DNA from: a virus
Strand: one strand, 5' to 3'
IMG/VR virus record: IMGVR_UViG_3300036831_000148
Coordinates: 1-64,000 of that record
Length of the DNA stretch: 64,000 bases
The position numbers and the translations under genes were made by a program. Positions within the stretch are counted from its first letter, which is position 1, and each line of letters begins with the position of its first letter. Below, in pieces: positions 48,607 to 54,901 of this stretch. The notes beneath the pieces were generated by a model. It ran no database searches. It saw only the letters and a program-made list of their open reading frames with translations, and was not told where the DNA came from.

Positions 48607-48790
48607 TCGTTCTGTTGACCAGCGTCAAGAGGCGGGTACCGTTAGTTACGTGGCCTACCTCGTCGTCCTCGGCATCGGCATCTGGATTGGTGCCGTCGCC
48701 GGCCTCAAGTACGGTGCCCGCCGTGCCTTCACCCGGCTCGGCCGGGCCGAGCACGGCGAGCGCATGCGCCGCTCAGGGTTCGGCAGCTAG

Positions 48791-48863
48791 CGGTCCTGAC
48801 GGGATTTGAACCCGCGGCCCTCCGCTCGACAGGCGGACGCTCTACGCACTGAGCTACAAGACC
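48791..48863 (-). tRNA. tRNA-Asp(GTC)
   Basis: Loop CT GTC GA; G73. Confidence 0.9.
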
Positions 48864-48875
48864 ATGTGTACTGCG

Positions 48876-48948
48876 CTCTCCGACCAGGACTCGAACCTGG
48901 AACCTGCTGATTAACGGTCAGTCGCGCTGCCGATTGCGCCACCGGAGA
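48876..48948 (-). tRNA. tRNA-Asn(GTT)
   Basis: Loop CC GTT AA; G73. Confidence 0.88.
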
Positions 48949-49146
48949 TCGTAAACGCCGGGGTACCGTGCCGTTCCCGGCTCCTGGTGATACTCCGCCC
49001 GCTGGACCCGGGCCAGGCTGCAGTTCCCGGCTGTATCCGGCAGGCCCAGGCCCGCCCGAGTAAGGCCCCCGGTTGTTTAGCCCTTATCCAGCAGGGCCAG
49101 CCACGTGTTCCCCGGGGCTTTCGCCGGCCGCCAGTGCCGGGCCTCG

Positions 49147-49222
49147 TAGCGGGGGCAGGATTTGAACCTGCGTATATGCCAGGCTATGAACCTGGTGAGC
49201 GACCAAACTGCTCGACCCCGCG
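49147..49222 (-). tRNA. tRNA-fMet(CAT), initiator-like
   Basis: CGCGGGG 5' end with a 1:72 mismatch; loop TT CAT AG. Confidence 0.8.
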
Positions 49223-49303
49223 CCGCGCGGGGCTTAACCGGACGTGACCCGGAAGCGCACCCGCTGCTTGCGCCACGGCACCAGGGTAAGTCCGGCGCCG
49301 TCG

Positions 49304-49377
49304 TAACCCCAACCGGATTCGAACCGGTGTCGCCCTGCTTGAAGGGCAGGCGTCCTGAGCCGCTAGACGATGGGGCC
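49304..49377 (-). tRNA. tRNA-Glu(TTC)
   Basis: Loop CC TTC AA. Confidence 0.88.
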
Positions 49378-49469
49378 GTGCGTCCTGCCGAGCGGATTTC
49401 AGCCAGCTCCCGGCGCGGACCTCAGAATCCTGCTTTGGCGTGGCCGTCTCCCGCGTAGCAGGCTCTGCG

Positions 49470-49543
49470 TGGTCCTGGCGGGATTCGAACCCGCGCTTTC
49501 CTGCTTGAGGGGCAGACGGCTTAGACCGCTAGCCGACAGGACC
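49470..49543 (-). tRNA. tRNA-Glu(CTC)
   Basis: Loop CC CTC AA. Confidence 0.88.
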
Positions 49544-49548
49544 ATGTG

Positions 49549-49621
49549 TGCGCCGGGGAGGTCCCGAACCCCCGCCGCGCCGCTTAGAAAACGGCCGTTC
49601 TATCCGCTGAACTACCGGCGC
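49549..49621 (-). tRNA. tRNA-Arg(TCT)
   Basis: Loop TT TCT AA. Confidence 0.85.
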
Positions 49622-49625
49622 GCAG

Positions 49626-49698
49626 TGGGCCGCCCGGGACTTGAACCCGGAACACTCGGATTAAAGGTCCGCCGCTCTGCCATTTGCGCTAGCGGCCC
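49626..49698 (-). tRNA. tRNA-Lys(TTT)
   Basis: Loop CC TTT AA. Confidence 0.85.
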
Positions 49699-49699
49699 G

Positions 49700-49776
49700 T
49701 GGTAGCGGTAGCCGGGCTCGAACCGGCGGCCCTCCCATTATGAGTGGGACGCTCTGACCGACTGAGCTATACCGCC
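49700..49776 (-). tRNA. tRNA-Met(CAT), elongator
   Basis: Loop CT CAT AA; encoded CCA; Ile2 identity not excluded. Confidence 0.85.
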
Positions 49777-49777
49777 G

Positions 49778-49852
49778 TAGGCTGCCGTGGAGTCGAACCA
49801 CGCTGCTAACTGCGTATCAGGCAGTCCCCGTCAACCGGCTGGGTCGCAGCCC
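49778..49852 (-). tRNA. tRNA-Ile(GAT)
   Basis: Loop CT GAT AC; atypical D-arm. Confidence 0.75.
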
Positions 49853-50033
49853 TCGCTTGAAACTCGACAGCAACAGTTACCGTGTGTACGCTGTCGGATG
49901 CGAGCAGTAAAAGACGCTGCTCGTAAAGGCAAGGCACCGTCACCCTCCAGGGGCGCGGCCCGTCAGGCCTTTGGCTGCATTACGGAGGCGGCGCTCGTCG
50001 GCCCACTACAGGCGCCGCCTCACGCCAGCCTCG

Positions 50034-50119
50034 CAGAGGGTTGAGGTGCCGACCCCCACGGCCCTCCCGGGCCGCCGCCTGTTTTCTAGACAGGATGTCC
50101 CGCCGGGGACGAACCCTCC
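50034..50119 (-). tRNA. tRNA-Ser(AGA), 8/4 fold
   Basis: 8-bp acceptor GGAGGGTT/AACCCTCT; 4-bp T-stem; long variable arm; G73; loop CT AGA AA. Confidence 0.7.
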
Positions 50120-50189
50120 AGGTATCCGCGGTCACCCTCGGGCAGGTGCTCGGCCAGCCCCGACACCGGCCAGGATCGCGGCATCCAGG

Positions 50190-50273
50190 CAGAGAGCGGA
50201 CGACTCGAACGCCACGGCTTGCACCGCGAGCCCGCTAGCAACGGGTCCTGGCCGCCTGGCCAGTTCACTCTCC
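50190..50273 (-). tRNA. tRNA-Ser(GCT), 8/4 fold
   Basis: 8-bp acceptor; 6-bp D-stem CTGGCC/GGCCAG; 4-bp T-stem; G73; loop TT GCT AG. Confidence 0.75.
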
Positions 50274-50345
50274 AGGTGCAGGACTTTTTGAAACCGGGCG
50301 CAACCCGGGGGCGTCCTGCGTGCCCTCGCCGCCTGCGCGGCCGAG

Positions 50346-50430
50346 TGGGCGGGGAGGGATTCGAACCCTCACGTCCCTCCCGGGACACACGGTCCTGAGC
50401 CGTGCGTGGCTGCCGTTACACCACTCGCCC
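50346..50430 (-). tRNA. tRNA-Leu(CAG)
   Basis: Loop CT CAG GA; long variable arm. Confidence 0.88.
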
Positions 50431-50598
50431 ATGCTCCCCGGGCTGTTCTCCCTTGACTGGTCCGGGCCCGGGGGGCCGGCAGGGAGCCAGGTCGGCGCTC
50501 GCGCGCTGAGCTTCCCGGCCTCCTGCAGGAGGCCGGTCCGCCTGGAAGTGTCTGGGTGCTCCCCGGCTGCGCGTCCGCTAGCCGGCTTGCCCCCATAG

Positions 50599-50671
50599 AG
50601 CCGACGACGGGATTCGAACCCGCGGCCCTCACCTTGGCAAGGTGATGCGCTACCAACTGCGCCACGTCGAC
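50599..50671 (-). tRNA. tRNA-Gly(GCC)
   Basis: Loop TT GCC AA; U73. Confidence 0.9.
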
Positions 50672-50710
50672 AAGCCGGACGGCCAGCCGCCGTCCGGGGT
50701 TCACCGGGCG

Positions 50711-50929
50711 TTAGCCGCCCTCCACAATCTCCCTGACCGAGGTCCGGGACCGGCCGGGCACCTGGATGCCGGACACCTCGCCGTCCGCCGCGGCGAACGT
50801 GAGGTGCACGGTCGTGCCCCTGAACTTCAGGGTGCACCCCACCGCCTCCGGGTGCACGCGGACCGTCAGGTCCACGTTGACGTCGCCCACTCCTACTGCG
50901 GCGGCGCCGCGGTTGCTCGTGCTGGCCAT
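50711..50929 (-). CDS. Hypothetical beta-rich protein
   Basis: 72 aa; GGAGG RBS. Confidence 0.5.
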   Translation of the reverse strand: MASTSNRGAAAVGVGDVNVDLTVRVHPEAVGCTLKFRGTTVHLTFAAADGEVSGIQVPGRSRTSVREIVEGG

Positions 50930-51018
50930 CAGGTTGCCTCCTCCACCGTGACCGTGACCGACGCCTCAGCAGTGTTGCCTGCGGCGTCGGTCGCGGTGGC
51001 GGTAATGACCAGGTCCAC
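50929..51018 (-). CDS. 29-aa peptide duplicating an internal segment of the upstream Ig-like protein
   Basis: VDLVITATATDAAGNTAEASVTVTVEE versus VSLVISATATDADGNTAAASVNVTVVE; TAGTG coupling. Confidence 0.45.
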   Translation of the reverse strand: MDLVITATATDAAGNTAEASVTVTVEEAT

Positions 51019-51347
51019 TAGCTGGGCGGCGTCACGGTCGTGGTGAGGACCGCCGTGCCGGTGCCGTTGGACAGGGTGTTGGACTGCTCGGTGTAGGTGT
51101 CGCCGAAGGAGTCGCTCGCGGCGACGTCCATGGACTCGCTGGCCTGCTCCACCACGGTCACGTTCACCGAGGCCGCAGCCGTGTTGCCGTCGGCGTCGGT
51201 CGCGGTGGCGGAGATGACCAGGGAGACCGGGTTGGACGCGCTGTCGGCGTAGGCCGCCGTCAGGGTCAGCGTCTGGCCGGCCGTGTAGCTGTCAGCGTCA
51301 GTGGTCAGGGTCAGCGTCGGCGTGCCGGGGGCAGGGGGCGTGGTCAT
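51018..51347 (-). CDS. Ig-like (Big) domain protein, probable virion decoration
   Basis: ATATDADGNTAAASVNVTV Ig motif; AGGAGAGG RBS; CGATTAG motif upstream. Confidence 0.65.
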   Translation of the reverse strand: MTTPPAPGTPTLTLTTDADSYTAGQTLTLTAAYADSASNPVSLVISATATDADGNTAAASVNVTVVEQASESMDVAASDSFGDTYTEQSNTLSNGTGTAVLTTTVTPPS

Positions 51348-51419
51348 GGGGTTCCTCTCCTGGAAAACCTGGGTCCCCACGCTAATCGCCACCAGCCCGC
51401 CGTGTCCGGCGAACGCGAG

Positions 51420-51493
51420 AGCCTCCACCCGGAGCCGAACCGGGGACCTCGCCCGTACCAAGGGCGTGCTCGTTCCAACTGAGCTATAGAGGC
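51420..51493 (-). tRNA. tRNA-Thr(GGT)
   Basis: Loop TT GGT AC. Confidence 0.88.
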
Positions 51494-51535
51494 ATGCCAG
51501 GAACGCGCCTTCACGCGACAGGTGACTAATGAAGG

Positions 51536-51608
51536 CTCCGGGGGCCGGGCTCGAACCGGCGTGCCCTTGGTCCAAAGCCAAGGCGGGATGCCGTCAACCC
51601 ACCCCGGA
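51536..51608 (-). tRNA. tRNA-Gln(TTG)
   Basis: U1-A72; G73; loop CT TTG GA. Confidence 0.8.
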
Positions 51609-51613
51609 CCGAG

Positions 51614-51686
51614 CTGGGCGACAGGGACTTGAACCCTGACCCGCGGGACCATAACCCGCTGCTCTGCCGTTTTGAGCTAGCGCCCA
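51614..51686 (-). tRNA. tRNA with ATG anticodon (nominally His) on a Gln-like body
   Basis: Stem GCGGG/CCCGC with loop TT ATG GT; U1-A72, G2-C71, G3-C70, G73. Confidence 0.75.
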
Positions 51687-51689
51687 CTG

Positions 51690-51762
51690 AGCCGGTTACC
51701 GGACTCGAACCGGTCGCCCGCAGCTTACAAGGCTGCTGCTCTGCCAGGTGAGCTAAACCGGC
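51690..51762 (-). tRNA. tRNA-Thr(TGT)
   Basis: Loop CT TGT AA. Confidence 0.88.
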
Positions 51763-51766
51763 AAGG

Positions 51767-51852
51767 TGTCCGGGGCGGGACTTGAACCCGCAGCGCCCGT
51801 AGCGGGCACCAGCACCTCAAGCTGGCGCGTCTGCCTATTCCGCCACCCGGAC
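51767..51852 (-). tRNA. tRNA-Leu(GAG)
   Basis: Loop TT GAG GT; long variable arm. Confidence 0.9.
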
Positions 51853-51982
51853 AAAAGCGGGAGACCCGGTGACCGGACCCCGGCGCGCACCGGGGCGGCT
51901 GCCCTCGCTCCACCTGCGTGACCGCCTTGCGCGAGGCGGCTTCCGGTGGCGAGTCACCTGGGGATGCTGCACGTCTCCCTAG

Positions 51983-52050
51983 AGCCGCTGCCCGGTGCCG
52001 ACCCGGGTCGCCCGCCGTACGAAGGCGGGGCCGCAGCCGTGCGCGGCGGC
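51983..52050 (-). tRNA. tRNA-Thr(CGT), atypical with minimal D-arm
   Basis: Loop TT CGT AC; GCC/GGC acceptor; T-loop GTCGGCA. Confidence 0.6.
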
Positions 52051-52109
52051 AGGCCTCCGGGCGTTTGCCCCCGCGCAAGCGCTTACGGGGGTTATAGGCA
52101 CCGGAGGTT

Positions 52110-52187
52110 GCGGTTGCTCTGGGCCACTGAGCTACCGGACGCCCCTTCCAGGGAGACCGGGCGGGATTCGGACCCGCGACCTTCCGC
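52110..52187 (-). ncRNA. Circularly permuted tRNA-like element #3 (no anticodon loop)
   Basis: Order: GCGG, T-arm (GCGGG TCCGAAT CCCGC), closed acceptor stem, TA, D-arm (GCTC...GAGC), CCGC. Confidence 0.65.
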
Positions 52188-52189
52188 TG

Positions 52190-52261
52190 CTGGAGTACCT
52201 GGACTCGAACCAAGACCGGCGGGTCCAGGGCCCGTCGCGCTGCCAATTACGCCATACTCCA
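52190..52261 (-). tRNA. tRNA-Gln(CTG)
   Basis: U1-A72; G73; loop CC CTG GA. Confidence 0.85.
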
Positions 52262-52360
52262 AGGCGGGAGGGCTCTTTGCTGACCCTCCGACTAACGGCC
52301 TTGCTCCCCGGCTCCCGGGGGACCGGACAGGGATTTGCAGGACGGCCCTGTCAGCCGTTG

Positions 52361-52436
52361 TAGGCGAGACGGGAATCGAACCCGCAAGAAGACGCGGGTT
52401 TTGAAGCCGCCGCATATGCCGTTCTGCTACTCGCCC
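52361..52436 (-). tRNA. tRNA-Leu(CAA), short variable arm
   Basis: Loop TT CAA AA; C31:C39 mismatch; A73. Confidence 0.7.
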
Positions 52437-52440
52437 GAAG

Positions 52441-52512
52441 TACCCCGCCAGGGACTCGAACCCTGACCTCACGGATTAAGAGTCCGCTGCTCTGCCATTG
52501 AGCTAACGAGGC
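52441..52512 (-). tRNA. tRNA-Lys(CTT)
   Basis: Loop CT CTT AA. Confidence 0.9.
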
Positions 52513-52780
52513 TTGAAGCCCGGTGCCCAGCCCGCTCCCCCTGCCGTCCGGACTCGAACCGGGAGGTGCGCACCCTTGCTGGTAACCACTCGCCTGAGAC
52601 CGGGCCGCAGCCCCGCTGGCGGCCGCCAGCGGAGAGCAGGCCGGCCCCGTGCCAGCAGCAGAGGGGGCGGGCTGGGAACCGGGAAGAACAACCCGGACCT
52701 GTTCCGGCCTCACGGCACTTATGCGAGGTGCCGTAGTCTTTTGGCCAGCCGGTTTCCGGGGGCGGTATGCATCCCGCCAG

Positions 52781-52853
52781 AGCCCCACCGGGGAATTGAA
52801 CCCCGCTAACCAGCTTGGAAGGCTGGCACATCGCCACTGAATGCTTGTAGGGC
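52781..52853 (-). tRNA. tRNA-Gly(TCC)
   Basis: Loop CT TCC AA; U73; overlapped by the 3' end of the endonuclease ORF. Confidence 0.8.
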
Positions 52854-53264
52854 AAGATCTACTTCCGGCCATAGCTCTCGAATGCGTGCGCGCCGGCGCG
52901 CACCAAGCCAGGGCCACACTTTCAAGGTCAGCCACTCACGGTGAGGCCGAGCCGCAACCTGCCAAATCCAGGCCGTCTTATAGCCACGAACGCTCTCCTC
53001 GCGGGTGATGCGGCCGACACCAGTCACGCTGAACAATCGCTCAACGATGTCCTCGTCCGTCATTCGAACAGCTACTACCCACCGCCCCTGTCGGTTCGGA
53101 CCACCCGTCCAGCAGCCCTCACCCTCCAAGATGCCTGCAATCCAGGCAACCTCGGGAGCAGTGACCGCCTCACGGGGGCTGCCGATGTCGGTGTAACGGC
53201 ACTTTCGGCACCGTTCCGCCGTATACCTCTTACGAGTGCCACAAGCACAAAGGTTGTACCCCAT
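52806..53264 (-). CDS. LAGLIDADG homing endonuclease with N-terminal Cys motif
   Basis: WIAGILEGEG motif followed by V.MTD.D...G.G. Confidence 0.8.
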   Translation of the reverse strand: MGYNLCACGTRKRYTAERCRKCRYTDIGSPREAVTAPEVAWIAGILEGEGCWTGGPNRQGRWVVAVRMTDEDIVERLFSVTGVGRITREESVRGYKTAWIWQVAARPHREWLTLKVWPWLGARRRARIRELWPEVDLALQAFSGDVPAFQAG

Positions 53265-53282
53265 ACCTGTGTTACGTGCAGG

Positions 53283-53355
53283 TGGTCACGGGGGCGCCCG
53301 AATCCCCGGCATGCTGCTTTTCAGGCAGCCGCTCTACCATCTGAGCTACGCGACC
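53283..53355 (-). tRNA. tRNA-Phe(GAA)
   Basis: Loop CT GAA AA; atypical T-arm. Confidence 0.8.
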
Positions 53356-53475
53356 GTGGATGACAGCGCACCCAGCCCGCCCGGGGAACCCGGTACCCCG
53401 GCACGAACTCGGGACAGGCGTCCCTGCTTCGGCCGACCACCGGGTTATGCCGGCTCCTGCCTAGGCGCTGCCAAG

Positions 53476-53546
53476 TCGGGATACAGGGAGTCGAACCCCG
53501 GCTGACTGGCCCCAGACCAGGCGCGCTTCCGTTACGCAATATCCCG
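53476..53546 (-). tRNA. tRNA-Pro(TGG), atypical
   Basis: CGGG/CCCG A acceptor; loop TC TGG GG. Confidence 0.65.
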
Positions 53547-53548
53547 TC

Positions 53549-53615
53549 ACAGGCGTTCAGACCGCTGAACTACCAGGCCGAAGCCCTCGCCCGGAGTTGA
53601 ACCGGGATTTCCTGC
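53549..53615 (-). ncRNA. Circularly permuted tRNA-like element #2 (acceptor stem closed by a UUCG tetraloop)
   Basis: GCAGG AAAT CCCGG TTCAACT CCGGG CGAGGGC TTCG GCCTGG TA GTTC AGCGGTCT GAAC G CCTGT. Confidence 0.7.
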
Positions 53616-53620
53616 TTGCG

Positions 53621-53696
53621 TCGGGCTGGGCGGATTCGAACCGCCGTCCTCCCGGCCCCCAGCCGGGCGCGCTGAGCCAAACTGCGCTACAGCCCG
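53621..53696 (-). tRNA. tRNA-Pro(GGG)
   Basis: Loop CT GGG GG. Confidence 0.88.
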
Positions 53697-53818
53697 ATGT
53701 TTCGCGCGGGGTACCATCTCCCGCTCCCTGGGTCGCTAACCACTACCAGCCAGTGCCGTACGCTCACCAGCTGGCCCGGCCCGTCCGGCATGCGCCGTCA
53801 GGACCCCAGGCCCTTACG

Positions 53819-53893
53819 TCGGGGTGGGGAGATTCGAACTCCCGACCTCTACGTCCCGAACGTAGCGCGCTAGCCAAGCTGCGCCACACCCCG
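53819..53893 (-). tRNA. tRNA-Pro(CGG)
   Basis: Loop TT CGG GA. Confidence 0.9.
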
Positions 53894-54005
53894 ATGGAGC
53901 CGCATGTTTTACCCAGTCCGGGCGGTTGGAGGCCCGCCGGCTCGTCAGGTTACCTTTTGCCCGGTGATCAACTCCGGAATAGGATGCCTTGCCTGGCATG
54001 CGACG

Positions 54006-54079
54006 TGGAGCTTGCGGGAATCGAACCCGCGGCCTCTGCATTGCGAGTGCAGCGCACTACCAAGCTGTGCTAAAGCCCC
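54006..54079 (-). tRNA. tRNA-Ala(CGC)
   Basis: G3-U70; loop CT CGC AA. Confidence 0.9.
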
Positions 54080-54080
54080 A

Positions 54081-54220
54081 GATGCGGCGCTCTGCCATTG
54101 AGCTACCCGGATCAGTCAGCAGGCCGGCTGCCGGGGCGTTCCGCTACGCGTACTAGCCCGGCGCTCGGCGCCCGCTGCCTTCGCATCTCCGGGACGGGGG
54201 TCGAACCCGCGTCTCCCGCC
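54081..54220 (-). ncRNA. Circularly permuted tRNA-like element #1
   Basis: 3' half GGCGG GAGAC GCGGG TTCGACC CCCGT CCCGGA, then a ~70-nt insert, then 5' half TCCGGG TA GCTC AATGGCA GAGC G CCGC. Confidence 0.65.
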
Positions 54221-54221
54221 G

Positions 54222-54294
54222 TGGAGCCTAGGGGAGTCGAACCCCTGACCTTTTGCATGCCATGCAAACGCGCTACCTGCTGCGCCAAGGCCCC
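54222..54294 (-). tRNA. tRNA-Ala(GGC)
   Basis: G3-U70; loop AT GGC AT. Confidence 0.9.
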
Positions 54295-54483
54295 AGGGCG
54301 CGACAGCGGGACCGCGGTGTGAACACGGTCCCGCTGCCACGTCAGACCCCGCCGCCCGCCGAAGCGGGCAACGGGAGAACTCGCGGCGGGCTGGCAACCC
54401 GCCGCCTTACGATGCTCACGCTGTGGAGATGTCAAGGTTCGTTGACATTCACCCGCTCGGGCTCTCGCCGTCGCCGGTGGTCG

Positions 54484-54555
54484 CAAGGACGGGAGGGGTC
54501 GAACCTCCGCCACTGGTTTTGGAGACCAGCGCTCTGCCTGTTGAGCTACGTCCCT
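54484..54555 (-). tRNA. tRNA-Trp(CCA), first gene of the array
   Basis: Loop CT CCA AA; G73. Confidence 0.9.
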
Positions 54556-54564
54556 ATGAAACTG

Positions 54565-54599
54565 AAAAACCGCCCTGTCCGGAGCTTCCGGGGGCGGTT
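54565..54599 (-). terminator. Attenuator terminator immediately upstream of the tRNA array
   Basis: AACCGCCC CCGGA AGC TCCGG ACA GGGCGGTT TTT; ends about 10 nt before tRNA-Trp. Confidence 0.8.
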
Positions 54600-54620
54600 C
54601 CTGCTGGTCAGGACTAGTCC

Positions 54621-54731
54621 TTAGCCAGGAACCACCTCGCCGGGGATGAAGTTGTGCTCAGGCAGGAGCATGCTTGCGCACGGGCTGGCGTACCACCCTC
54701 GCGACTGCTGCTTTGACTGCCTGGCCATCAT
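54621..54731 (-). CDS. Putative leader peptide MMARQSKQQSRGWYASPCASMLLPEHNFIPGEVVPG
   Basis: 36 codons; AGGGAG RBS; stop about 20 nt before the terminator; 3' end complementary to the terminator 5' arm. Confidence 0.65.
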   Translation of the reverse strand: MMARQSKQQSRGWYASPCASMLLPEHNFIPGEVVPG

Positions 54732-54774
54732 GCTCCCTAACGTATCCGCTGCGGCCCGCCCGGGCCACTCTTTA

Positions 54775-54805
54775 AAGGTACTACCTTGCTTGACTGTTGT
54801 CAAGC
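54775..54805 (-). promoter_or_regulatory. Sigma70/HrdB-type promoter P2 with palindromic operator
   Basis: TTGACA-N17-TACCTT; GCTTGAC-N4-GTCAAGC overlaps the -35. Confidence 0.75.
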
Positions 54806-54872
54806 TATTTACCGGGGAAGTTCGCGGGACCCGGCCCTACCGGGTCCCGCGACCCCTCTTCCGACAGGCACC

Positions 54873-54901
54873 ACCGTACTACCCCTCTTGACTGCTGTCA
54901 A
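54873..54901 (-). promoter_or_regulatory. Sigma70/HrdB-type promoter P1 with palindromic operator
   Basis: TTGACA-N17-TACGGT; TTGAC-N4-GTCAA; near-duplicate of P2. Confidence 0.7.

Noticed and set aside
50034-50119. Possible amber suppressor (CTA within the loop)
   Set aside because: The CCTGT/ACAGG stem gives loop CT-AGA-AA, so the anticodon is AGA.
52361-52436. Possible tRNA-Sec or opal suppressor (CTTCAAA)
   Set aside because: The stem register places CAA, not TCA, in the anticodon, and Sec-type arms are absent.
52540-52610. Additional tRNA gene
   Set aside because: A T-arm is present but there is no convincing D-arm or anticodon arm; at most a degenerate remnant.
53900-53960. Hammerhead ribozyme (CTGACGA)
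   Set aside because: No correctly placed GAAA or stem III found.
54081-54220. Two-piece tmRNA, or a spliced permuted functional tRNA
   Set aside because: It has a true D-stem, no G3-U70 and no tag ORF; joining the ends would give too short an anticodon loop.
54732-54803. Longer TTG start for the leader peptide (would add Thr and Asp)
   Set aside because: The TTG is the -35 box of P2 and has no RBS; it is only possible on P1 transcripts.
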